From Acidobacteriaceae bacterium (lineage in GTDB: Bacteria > Acidobacteriota > Terriglobia > Terriglobales > Acidobacteriaceae), in the NCBI GenBank assembly GCA_027307045.1, contig DAHUXR010000006.1, positions 14,185 to 78,184 on the forward strand: a stretch of 64,000 bases of DNA. The letters run 5' to 3'. Positions 20,382-29,131 of this stretch are shown in pieces. Under the pieces are notes generated by a model that saw only the letters and a list, made by a program, of their open reading frames with translations, was not told where the DNA came from and did no database searches. Every line of letters starts with the position of its first letter. Position 1 is the first letter of the stretch. The translations under genes and the position numbers were made by a program.

Positions 20382-20915
20382 GTGCTGTACCTAATTGCGT
20401 CACTTGTTGCCCTCTTAGTTCCAGCCCCGGCGTCAAACCCCGGGGTACGGATTGCGGCTCCCACGGGGCCTGTTTACGAACTGCGTCTTTATCACACGCA
20501 TACTAACGAACGCCTGGATATTGTCTATCGGCATGGGGATAGCTACGATCCGGTCGCGCTCGATAAGTTGGAGCACTTTTTGCGCGATCATCGGACGAAT
20601 GATGTGCGTCCTTATGATCCGCGGGTTTTCGACCTTCTTCACGACCTGACGAGTTCCCTGGGAAGGCCGAATTCAGAAATCGACATTGTTTGTGGTTACC
20701 GAACGCCATGGAGCAACGCGTTTCTACGCAGCCGTTCTTCCGCCGTAGCGCAGCACAGCCTGCACATGCAGGCAATGGCAATCGACATCCGTCTGCCGGG
20801 TGTCAGCACTACGCAGCTTCGTGATGCGGCATTGAGGCTGCACGAAGGCGGCGTTGGATATTATGCGCGTGAACAGTTTGTGCACGTCGACGTGGGGCGC
20901 GTGCGTCGCTGGTAA
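20382..20915 (+). CDS. mepK: YcbK/MepK (DUF882, M15-like) peptidoglycan endopeptidase
   Basis: LYHTHTNE, LRDHR, CGYRTP, SLHMQAMAID, FVHVDVG.VRRW; adjacent to ycbB as in E. coli. Confidence 0.88.
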   Translation: MLYLIASLVALLVPAPASNPGVRIAAPTGPVYELRLYHTHTNERLDIVYRHGDSYDPVALDKLEHFLRDHRTNDVRPYDPRVFDLLHDLTSSLGRPNSEIDIVCGYRTPWSNAFLRSRSSAVAQHSLHMQAMAIDIRLPGVSTTQLRDAALRLHEGGVGYYAREQFVHVDVGRVRRW

Positions 20916-21030
20916 ATTGCACAAGGGCCGCATCTGACTGACAGTTGCGGCCCTTGCTATTTCTCTAAACCGTCGCGCAAGGCGTAATCTGTTTGTTCCG
21001 GGAAGTTCTGAACAAACCGTGATGCGCCAG

Positions 21031-22023
21031 ATGAAAGCCGCAGTTCTCTCTTTGCCGCGTGATATTTCGAAACGCCCGCTTGAGATTCGCGAGGTCCCAC
21101 GCCCAGAACTTAAGCCTGGCTATGTTCTCCTGCGTGTGCGCGCCTGTGGCGTTTGTCGAACGGACTTGCACATTGTGGAAGGCGAGCTTCCGCCACGTTG
21201 CAGTGAAATTATTCCTGGGCACCAGATCGTTGGAGAAGTTGCCGATCCCGGCGCGACCGATCTTGCCGCAGGCACTCGCGTTGGCGTCTCATGGATTGGG
21301 GGCGTGGATGGAAGTTGCTGGTATTGCCGGCATGAGTTGGAAAACCTTTGCGATTCACCGACTTTCACCGGCTACAGCGTGAATGGCGGCTACGCCGAGT
21401 ATGCAATCGCGCGCGCAGATTTTACGTTTGCCTTGGAGAGCCGGCTTGACGACCTGCAGGCCGCGCCCCTCTTGTGCGCAGGCATTATCGGGTTTCGAAG
21501 CCTTCGTGTGGCTGAAGTAAAACGTGGGGAACGTGTTGGGTTATTCGGGTTTGGTGCTTCAGCCCACCTTGCGATTGCTGTCCTGCGAGCCTGGAACTGT
21601 GAGGTTTACGTCTCCACGCGTGGTGCATCTCATCGGCAACTGGCGGAGTCGCTCGGCGCAACATGGGTGGGCAGTGAGACGGATAAGCCGCCGGTGCAGC
21701 TTGACCGTGCTGTCACCTTCGCGCCCAGCGGTGACGTGGTTGTAGCCGCTCTGGCCAGTCTACGCAAGGGCGGCGTGGTCGCCATCAACGCAATCCACTT
21801 GGACCGAATTCCTGAGTTTGACTACGACACTCTCTTGTGGGGCGAGCGGCAAATTCGCAGCGTAACAAACATGACGCGCTCAGATGCCCGCGACTTTCTG
21901 AAAATGGCAGCAGAAATCGATCTCCGCCCAAAGACCACAGTCTTCTCTCTTGCTCAGATCAACGAAGCTTTGGCAGCGATCAAAAATGATTCCATCGATG
22001 GCGCAGCCGTCATTGTCCCCTAA
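21031..22023 (+). CDS. zinc-binding alcohol dehydrogenase family protein
   Basis: CGVCRTDLH, PGHQIVG, CWYC...ENLC, APLLCAGIIG, GFGASAH. Confidence 0.93.
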   Translation: MKAAVLSLPRDISKRPLEIREVPRPELKPGYVLLRVRACGVCRTDLHIVEGELPPRCSEIIPGHQIVGEVADPGATDLAAGTRVGVSWIGGVDGSCWYCRHELENLCDSPTFTGYSVNGGYAEYAIARADFTFALESRLDDLQAAPLLCAGIIGFRSLRVAEVKRGERVGLFGFGASAHLAIAVLRAWNCEVYVSTRGASHRQLAESLGATWVGSETDKPPVQLDRAVTFAPSGDVVVAALASLRKGGVVAINAIHLDRIPEFDYDTLLWGERQIRSVTNMTRSDARDFLKMAAEIDLRPKTTVFSLAQINEALAAIKNDSIDGAAVIVP

Positions 22024-22117
22024 TGAGCAATGTCTCTTGAACCCGCCAATCAGAAGACCGGTCCGTGCGTAACATCAATATCTGCCGCGCTTCATGCTGA
22101 TTCCAAATCACTCCATG

Positions 22118-22133
22118 CGTGATCTTGATCACA
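22118..22133 (+). promoter_or_regulatory. Crp/Fnr-family box upstream of Hsp20 gene
   Basis: CGTGA-TCTTGA-TCACA; AATAAT 22 bp downstream. Confidence 0.7.
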
Positions 22134-22183
22134 GCCAAGAGCAATAGCGAGATCGAATAATAAATAGTTCGGAGGAGGTTCAG

Positions 22184-22693
22184 ATGAAAGGGCATATTTC
22201 GCCTAAGCCAAAGAAGGGCCCAATGGGATTTGTTCCCACATCTCTCACACAATTTTGCGAAGGGTCCGATCGCATCACCAATCAGCTCGCAAAACGTGCA
22301 TTTCAACTTTTTGAAGAGCGCGGCTACGAGAACGGCCATGATCTGGACGACTGGTTCAAAGCAGAAGCAGAGTTGCTTGCGCCTATTCCTATCAAGGTTA
22401 AGGAAACGGCGCGGGAGATTCGCGTCGAAGCTGAAGTTCGTGGATTCAACGACGATGAAGTGGCATTCAAACTGGAAAAGAACCAGGTTTCAATTCAAGG
22501 GATTAAGCGGACAAACAGCAATGATGCTACGCAAAGTAAATCAGAAAATCCGATGATTTATGGGAGCATCTCATTGCCATCAAAAGTGGTGCCGGAAAAG
22601 GCACACGCAACTCTTAAAAATGGAATCTTAGAAATCATTGCTCCAAGATCTACAACGGAAATAGCAAAAGCAATAGCCGTGAGCGCGGCCTGA
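22184..22693 (+). CDS. DUF2934-Hsp20/alpha-crystallin fusion protein
   Basis: KRAFQLFEERG..GHDLDDWFKAEAEL (DUF2934 pattern) followed by an alpha-crystallin domain ending AHATLKNGILEI; RBS GGAGG. Confidence 0.82.
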   Translation: MKGHISPKPKKGPMGFVPTSLTQFCEGSDRITNQLAKRAFQLFEERGYENGHDLDDWFKAEAELLAPIPIKVKETAREIRVEAEVRGFNDDEVAFKLEKNQVSIQGIKRTNSNDATQSKSENPMIYGSISLPSKVVPEKAHATLKNGILEIIAPRSTTEIAKAIAVSAA

Positions 22694-22716
22694 AGGCGCA
22701 AGCCGAAGGGGATGTT

Positions 22717-22971
22717 ATGAATGACCGGGTCAAGGAAGTTTATCTGATGCTGGGGCACATATTGAACAACCCGAGATCTTTTGGCCTTGAGGAGAGACCC
22801 CCAAAAGCCCTGGATGAAGCTCTTAGCAAAATGCAATTGGATTTGATGCACGAACTCAGGGAAGAAATGTCTGAAGAGGACTTTCTGGCCATGGAACTGT
22901 CACAGGATGCCGACCGCGAGGCCTTTCCCGAAGTGACGTCGACCTCGTTCACCCTGAAGACAGGCACTTAA
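22717..22971 (+). CDS. small acidic hypothetical protein
   Basis: 84-aa ORF co-oriented 23 bp after hsp20. Confidence 0.55.
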   Translation: MNDRVKEVYLMLGHILNNPRSFGLEERPPKALDEALSKMQLDLMHELREEMSEEDFLAMELSQDADREAFPEVTSTSFTLKTGT

Positions 22972-23080
22972 GCTTTTGCTGATTCGTGTCACCAGGGTCT
23001 ATTGATTGCTCCAGTCAGCCTAATATCGATGCTCGGCTGCTCTGCAAGTTTTTGGCGGGACGGAAAAATGGAGGTCAGTT

Positions 23081-23947
23081 ATGGACCACTCAAATGCACC
23101 CTCGTCCGTAAGAGAACCACACCTGGAAACGGTGCGAGTGCATTTTGATCACTTGCTGGTGGCAGTTGATCTGTCGCCTTCCTCGGCGAACACCGTAAAA
23201 ATCGCCACAGAATTGGCAAATAGATCCGGCGCCACCCTGGTAATTGCTCATGTGCTTAATCCAGCCCTCATGCTTCCTGCCGAGACCACAGCGAATGTGA
23301 AAGAGACTCTTAATGCATGGCTGGAACCGTGCATGAAAAAAGAAACGCGCTTTGTTGTTGAAGTGGCAGAGGGAAACGTGGTTGAAGAAGTCGCCCGGCT
23401 GGCCAGGGAATTCCGAGCTGATCTCCTGGTCATCGGTACTCACGCCGCCGGTGGCGCAGCAAAATTCGTTTTTGGCTCAACCGGCGAAGCGCTATTCCGC
23501 GAGATGGGTATCCCCGTGCTTACCATTGGACCGCACATCCAGGCGTGTGGTGAACGATTCTCTTCCATACTGCTGCCCACTGACCTTGAACCACATTCAC
23601 TCCGTGCCGCGCAATATGCTGTGGCGCTGGCGGAGGAATCCAACGGGAACCTCACGCTCTTGCACATCCCGAAAGAGGATGAAGAAGAGAATGCTTTTGG
23701 AAACAGGCAGCGGATGGAGCAACTTGTGCCGGAGGACGCTACTTTGTGGTGCAAGCCTGACTTCAAGATAGCAGGTGGCGATCCGGTTAAGACGATCCTG
23801 GAGAGCGCGCGCGAAGTGAAAGCCGACTTGATTGTTCTGGGCGTCACCCATGCTCGTCCGCTGTCAGAACATGCCAGTTGGTCGATTGCGTCCAAGGTCG
23901 TGCGCCACGCTGAGTGTCCGGTTCTGACAGTGCGGGATCGCTTATAG
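23081..23947 (+). CDS. universal stress protein (tandem USP domains)
   Basis: LLVAVDLS, ADLLVIGTH, FGSTGE, ILLPTDL, CPVLTVR. Confidence 0.92.
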   Translation: MDHSNAPSSVREPHLETVRVHFDHLLVAVDLSPSSANTVKIATELANRSGATLVIAHVLNPALMLPAETTANVKETLNAWLEPCMKKETRFVVEVAEGNVVEEVARLAREFRADLLVIGTHAAGGAAKFVFGSTGEALFREMGIPVLTIGPHIQACGERFSSILLPTDLEPHSLRAAQYAVALAEESNGNLTLLHIPKEDEEENAFGNRQRMEQLVPEDATLWCKPDFKIAGGDPVKTILESAREVKADLIVLGVTHARPLSEHASWSIASKVVRHAECPVLTVRDRL

Positions 23948-24068
23948 CGGAAGCCATCACAAGCGTCAGGAAGCCATCTGAGTTCGACGACATCTGTTCT
24001 GCGGTACGCGATTCCAGGTGGATCTTTGCATACCCAGAATCTCTTTCGGCGGCGCGACTCTGTTGCTA

Positions 24069-24084
24069 TGTGATAGTCATCACA
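24069..24084 (+). promoter_or_regulatory. Crp/Fnr-family box upstream of second USP
   Basis: TGTGA-TAGTCA-TCACA; TATAGT 21 bp downstream. Confidence 0.78.
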
Positions 24085-24129
24085 GAGCATGCCAATTCCC
24101 GGGCATATAGTCAAAGCAAGGAGGTTCGT

Positions 24130-25014
24130 ATGGCTACCCTTCGTGCACCCATTGTTCCGAGTCCGGTCGCAAGCCTGAAGAACATCTTATTTGCAACGGA
24201 TTTTTCTGAGGCTTCAATGAAGGCGTTTCCATACGCCGCCTCCCTGGCCAAAAAGTTTGGCGCCTCCGTTTTCGCCTGCCACATCATTACTCCAACATCA
24301 CTGGCGACAGCGGCGCCCCAATCGGCGCCTTACTTCTATGAAGCCGAGTATGAGGCCGCCGCCAAAGAACTAGATAACATCCTGCATTCGCCGCAATTGG
24401 AAGGAATCAAGACCAAGGCGCTGCTGTCCTCAGGCATTCTGGGGGACGCGTTGCAGGAGGAGGTCAATCAAAATCACATTGATCTGATAGTTGCGGGCAC
24501 GCATGGACGAACTGGATTACGCCGTCTGCTGTTGGGTTCTGCCGTGGAAGGGATCTGCCGTGTGGCAACGTGCCCCGTATTGACCGTTGGCCCTGACCAG
24601 CCAAGTTCAAGAATAAAGTTAGATAACATTCTGATGCCCACAGACCTTTCAGAAGAAAGCATGCGCGCTCTGCCATTTGTTGTGGGTCTGGCCGGAGCCC
24701 ACGGGTCCAAGGTAACCGTACTTCATGTGCTGCCGGAGGAAACTGCCGGTAATCCTGACACGCAGAAGCTATCTCAGCCAGTTTACAAGAACATGGTCGA
24801 TATCTTTGAACCGCGGCTTGCGCCCTTGCAGGCGGAATTCGTGATCGAATCCGGGGAGACAGTGGAAACGATCCTGAAAGTTGCGCACGACAGGAACGCC
24901 GACATGATTGTGTTAGGTGTGAGGGATGCTTTCCTTCCGGGAGTCCACGTTCGAACGAGTGTGGCATATCGAATCATGGCAGCATCTCATTGCCCGGTTG
25001 TCAGTTGCAGATAA
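24130..25014 (+). CDS. universal stress protein (tandem USP domains)
   Basis: ILFATDFS, GTHGRTGLRRLLLGSAVE, CPVLTVGP; start ATG 24130 after AAGGAGG. Confidence 0.93.
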   Translation: MATLRAPIVPSPVASLKNILFATDFSEASMKAFPYAASLAKKFGASVFACHIITPTSLATAAPQSAPYFYEAEYEAAAKELDNILHSPQLEGIKTKALLSSGILGDALQEEVNQNHIDLIVAGTHGRTGLRRLLLGSAVEGICRVATCPVLTVGPDQPSSRIKLDNILMPTDLSEESMRALPFVVGLAGAHGSKVTVLHVLPEETAGNPDTQKLSQPVYKNMVDIFEPRLAPLQAEFVIESGETVETILKVAHDRNADMIVLGVRDAFLPGVHVRTSVAYRIMAASHCPVVSCR

Positions 25015-25261
25015 ATTGAGATAACCGGAAGCTCGAATGCGCTGACCATTTTTTCGCTACTCGAGACACTTAGGAACAAACTCCAGCGTGGCCACCGATG
25101 ATGTAGCCGCCAAACTTGCGGCCGCGACTTCAAAGCGATAATTTTCCGCTCCCTGTTTGCCTGCAAGCGGGGAGCTTTTTGTTCCCCCACTCCATTTTTA
25201 GACTTCTGTTGCAAACAAAGCACTTACTCAATTTCACCCAAGGGCGACCCTTGCGTGACGC

Positions 25262-25320
25262 TTGGGTGGCCCTTGGGCCACGCTTGGGCCACCCAAGGGC
25301 CACCCAATCCCAATCCCAAT
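25262..25320. repeat. palindromic intergenic repeat plus CCCAAT tandem run
   Basis: ttgggtggcccttggg (25262-25277) / cccaagggccacccaa (25292-25307), a perfect 16-bp IR; cccaat x3. Confidence 0.8.
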
Positions 25321-25987
25321 CTCAAGACCATTCCTCTCGGCAGAGGGTCGCAACTTCGGGAAGCTGCGCGGCGCAAAAATCGCCGCGCCTCAACTGTCAT
25401 CGTTCCTGCCGCAGGCCGGAGGCCAAGCCCTGAGCACAGTCGAAGGGGACCTGGCGCAGCCGGGAGCCGAACGATCTAAACCAAGCGAAGCCTACCGCTA
25501 ATAGCTGGCCGCCGATTGCTGATTGCTTTTGTCAAATATCTTTTGCGTTCACACCCTGGGGCGCTGCAGGACTATATCGGATTATTTATGGCGAATCAAT
25601 AGCGAATTTCATGCGACAGCAACACAACTTTGATTGCACGAGTCCCAGGTGCGGAAGCAACATTCGCGACTCTCTTGCGGGAACTTGCCACGCACGACTG
25701 AAATGCAACAATTGAATAGCCAGAGGCATCACTCTGTCTCCAGGAACCGTGCCGCTGGCTTGGCACTTCAACACAGGCCCGCATTGCTGAATAAGATGGA
25801 ACTCGGTGGCACGGACAGGGGACGATTTGCGCGGATATAATAGGAAAAGAATCGGTTGTACTCGGGACCTGACCCCGGATCAGTCGAAAGACACGTCCGG
25901 CCCGAGCGTGTCTGTAGCGTCAACCCGCTGAACAACGCAAATGCGGTAAGCAAGATGCAAAAGGTTGTTCATTCAAAGGAGGACACT

Positions 25988-26149
25988 ATGGCAAGTCAGG
26001 TGAAGGTCGTCAGTCATTGGGCAGGTGCAGTAGTTAACTGGTTGCAAAAACATACTTTTGCAATCGTTTTCACAATGTCACTGTTGCACATCGGGCTGGC
26101 ATACATGCATGTTCGGGTTCCGGGTAGAGACGATTTCTCCTCCCTTTAA
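25988..26149 (+). CDS. small single-TM protein (53 aa)
   Basis: AAGGAGG RBS 5 nt before ATG; MASQVKVVSHWAGAVVNWLQKHTFAIVFTMSLLHIGLAYMHVRVPGRDDFSSL. Confidence 0.6.
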   Translation: MASQVKVVSHWAGAVVNWLQKHTFAIVFTMSLLHIGLAYMHVRVPGRDDFSSL

Positions 26150-26644
26150 GGCTTCGGCGCAGCTGCGCTCGTTCCCCTCACAGTTTTCCTTCAAAGAAGG
26201 AAGATCGCGACTAGAGATGCGAGGACGATTAAGGCCAACAACGCCTGTCGTTTTGTTGCGCTCCTTCCTTCAATGATGCGGACGGAAACAGCAAGCTCAC
26301 GTTGCAATCCCAGCGCGAGCATCGTAATTAGGCCGCTTGCGCTAAGCGCGATTTGACCAGCTTCGTTCCCAATCACACCTCGGGCGTCACGCTAACAGCA
26401 GCGTCACTGAGGACCACTAGCATCAAGAACACAAAGCAAGAACGTCGTACAGCTCAGGCTCAAAAAGTAATCAGCATTCAGTAGCAGCGCACGGTCGCCG
26501 CAGCCACATCGGAGCAGGACTCAAACAGACAGTGCGGTGAACTAAAATTGCGCATTGTTCGCTGAGTGTTCACTAGCCCGAAAGTGGACAGGTTCAGTAA
26601 GGTCGCCCAAAGTGCTACAATTTCCGCAGCTACAGTCATCACGG

Positions 26645-26719
<75 letters not shown>

Positions 26720-26772
26720 TCTTCTCCATTCGCTACACTTCGCTCTGCAATGATGGTCTAACGGGATATCGC

Positions 26773-27486
26773 TTACTTCTTTTTCATCCATGAACGCAAT
26801 AATCCCGGCACCAGTTCCGCCGCCGGACCAAGGTGGACTTCATCGAAATACAAGGCATTCGCGGGTTCCGTCAGGCCCAGAAATACTGTTCGAGCAGGCT
26901 GTGGCTTTTGCTTGAGCATGGTTACAAAGCTCGCCACCGGCTGCACTGATCCGGACGTCCCAATGGCAATTAACGTATCGCATTCTTCCAGTGCGTCATA
27001 AATACGGTCGAGCTGATACGGCTGTTCGCCGAACCAGCAGACATTCGGACGCACCAGCGCCCCGCAAGCGCAGTGGGGCAACTCGCCTGGAGCATAACCG
27101 TTGTAGTCAATGAACGGGGGGCGTCCGCAATCGGCGGCACACCGGCTCTCAAATAGTTTGCCGTGGATATGGACCACATCTTCCGAGCCCGCGGCTTCGT
27201 GCAGACCATCCACGTTTTGCGTGCACAAAAATAATCTACCGTCGCCAGCCTCTGTACTCCAAGAGGCAAGGGCAACATGCGCCGCATTGGGTTTTGCGCA
27301 GCGAGCGCTGACGCGGCGATCAGAGTAATACTCCCAAACCAGCGTTGGGTCCTTCTCCCAGGCTTCTATGTTCGCCAGTTCGTAATGGCTGTGACCGCGC
27401 CAACTGGTTCCCTGGAAGACAGGGATCCCGCTCTCTGCGCTGATTCCAGCCCCGGTCAGGACGAATATACTTCCCCGCATCTTCAT
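26773..27486 (-). CDS. cobB: NAD-dependent protein deacylase (Sir2/CobB family)
   Basis: TGAGISAESGIP, TQNVDGLH, HG, Zn cysteines, RPNVCWFGE, GTSGSV.P. Confidence 0.9.
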   Translation of the reverse strand: MKMRGSIFVLTGAGISAESGIPVFQGTSWRGHSHYELANIEAWEKDPTLVWEYYSDRRVSARCAKPNAAHVALASWSTEAGDGRLFLCTQNVDGLHEAAGSEDVVHIHGKLFESRCAADCGRPPFIDYNGYAPGELPHCACGALVRPNVCWFGEQPYQLDRIYDALEECDTLIAIGTSGSVQPVASFVTMLKQKPQPARTVFLGLTEPANALYFDEVHLGPAAELVPGLLRSWMKKK

Positions 27487-27502
27487 GCGAACTGTTCTCT
27501 GA

Positions 27503-29122
27503 ATGCGGCCAAAAGTGGCCTATAATTTAGTTACCTTGAGAAAACCAGCTGGTATTGTTCTCTCACTGCTGTTTTTGGCCGCCTGCGCAGTTCTCTCTTC
27601 GGCCCAACAGCATTCCGGCCCCACCGGTGTGAGCCGGCTGCTGTTGATCATACCCTTTGAGAACGCTTCCAGCGCCGCCGGAACTGATTGGATCAGTGAG
27701 TCCTTTCCTGAAGTTTTGAGCACGCGCCTGAGCCCCAGTGGATTTTTCGTGATGGGACGAGACGACCGGCTCAACGCTTTCGATCGGCTCGGCATTCCTC
27801 CAGGTGCCAAGCCTTCGCGCGCCACTCTTTATCAGGTCGGCCAGCAATTGGACGCAGACTTTTTAGTCATGGGCGACTATCGCGTTGATCAAGCCAACAT
27901 TACAGCGCATGCCCGCGTTATGGATATGGAGCGGCTTCGTCTGAGCCCTGAATTCACGGAGTCCGGCCCGCTGGCCAATCTCATTGCTATTCAGACCGCC
28001 CTGGCATGGGACATCCTGAATATGTTAAGCCCCGGCACCCCTGCTAAAGAAAGTTTTGTCGCCCAGTTCCCTGCTCAGCGGCCAGATGTTTTGGAGAACT
28101 ATGTGCGCGGCATCATAGCAACCAACACTCAGGAGAAGATCAAATACTTTAAGGAAGCTGTGCGGCTGGAGCCAACGCATGCTCTTGCCATGTTGCAACT
28201 GGGCAAAAGCTATTACAAAGAGCGGGACTACGAGCCAGCCGCAAGCTGGCTTGCGCGCATTCCCAAAGGCGACGCAAATGCCAATGAAGCCCAGTTTTAT
28301 CTGGGGCTGGCAACATTCTATGCGGGCCATATGGACAGAGCAGAAAGTGCCTTCCAAACACTTGCTGCGCGGCTGCCACTAACTGAGGTCTTAAACAATC
28401 TGGGCGTGGTGGCGGCGCGTCGGGGGGAGAAGAGTGCGCGCGGCTACTTTGAAAGGACCGTGCAGACCGATCCCAACGAACCCGATTATCGCTTCAATCT
28501 GGCAGTCGCTCTGTTCCGCGAAGGCGACACGCAGGGCGCCGCGCGCGAGCTGCGTGAGCTGTTGGCCATTCACCCGGATGCAGAAGCAAAGACCTTCCTG
28601 GAGGCAATTGCTTCCGGCGCACAACCTGCCCGCATGCCGCTGGAGCGCATCAGGCGCAACTATGACGAATCCACTTTCCGCCAAATCGCCCTGGAAATCG
28701 AGAATACGAATGAGGCGCGCCTCGCGAAGTCCGATCCGGCAAGCCATGCCGCCTTTCACGTGCGGCACGGTCAGGAACTGTTGCAGTCGGGCCTGCCGGG
28801 GGAAGCAGAAAAGGAGTTTCGAGAGGCCGTGGTGCTTGATCCCAGCAGTGCAGCGGCCCATGCTGGTTTGGCTGCGGTGCTTGAGAACGATCAGGACATT
28901 CCGGGCGCGCGCAACGAGGCCCGCATGGCCATAAAGTTACAGCCAACGGCCGACGCCTATCTGGTGATGGCCCGGTTGGACCTGGCGGAAAACAAGCCAG
29001 CTTCAGCCGCACAAAATATTGACCATGCTTTGGCTCTTGATCCTGCGAATGCTGCGGCGATTGCGCTGAAGCGCGATATCGCATCGGGAGCCGCGGGTAA
29101 GCCAACATCTCCGCGTCCTTGA
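27503..29122 (+). CDS. secreted TolB_N-like/TPR repeat protein
   Basis: Signal peptide, LLIIPFEN N-terminal domain, many TPRs; start uncertain. Confidence 0.85.
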   Translation: MRPKVAYNLVTLRKPAGIVLSLLFLAACAVLSSAQQHSGPTGVSRLLLIIPFENASSAAGTDWISESFPEVLSTRLSPSGFFVMGRDDRLNAFDRLGIPPGAKPSRATLYQVGQQLDADFLVMGDYRVDQANITAHARVMDMERLRLSPEFTESGPLANLIAIQTALAWDILNMLSPGTPAKESFVAQFPAQRPDVLENYVRGIIATNTQEKIKYFKEAVRLEPTHALAMLQLGKSYYKERDYEPAASWLARIPKGDANANEAQFYLGLATFYAGHMDRAESAFQTLAARLPLTEVLNNLGVVAARRGEKSARGYFERTVQTDPNEPDYRFNLAVALFREGDTQGAARELRELLAIHPDAEAKTFLEAIASGAQPARMPLERIRRNYDESTFRQIALEIENTNEARLAKSDPASHAAFHVRHGQELLQSGLPGEAEKEFREAVVLDPSSAAAHAGLAAVLENDQDIPGARNEARMAIKLQPTADAYLVMARLDLAENKPASAAQNIDHALALDPANAAAIALKRDIASGAAGKPTSPRP

Positions 29123-29131
29123 GGTAAAGTT

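Noticed and set aside
25716..25830. sigma54 promoters at several GGCAC motifs
   Set aside because: None has the GC dinucleotide at the -12 position
25861..25913. Hammerhead ribozyme or c-di-GMP/c-di-AMP riboswitch
   Set aside because: CUGA and GAAA are present, but the CUGANGA core and the conserved riboswitch segments are absent. Kept only as an unknown structured RNA.
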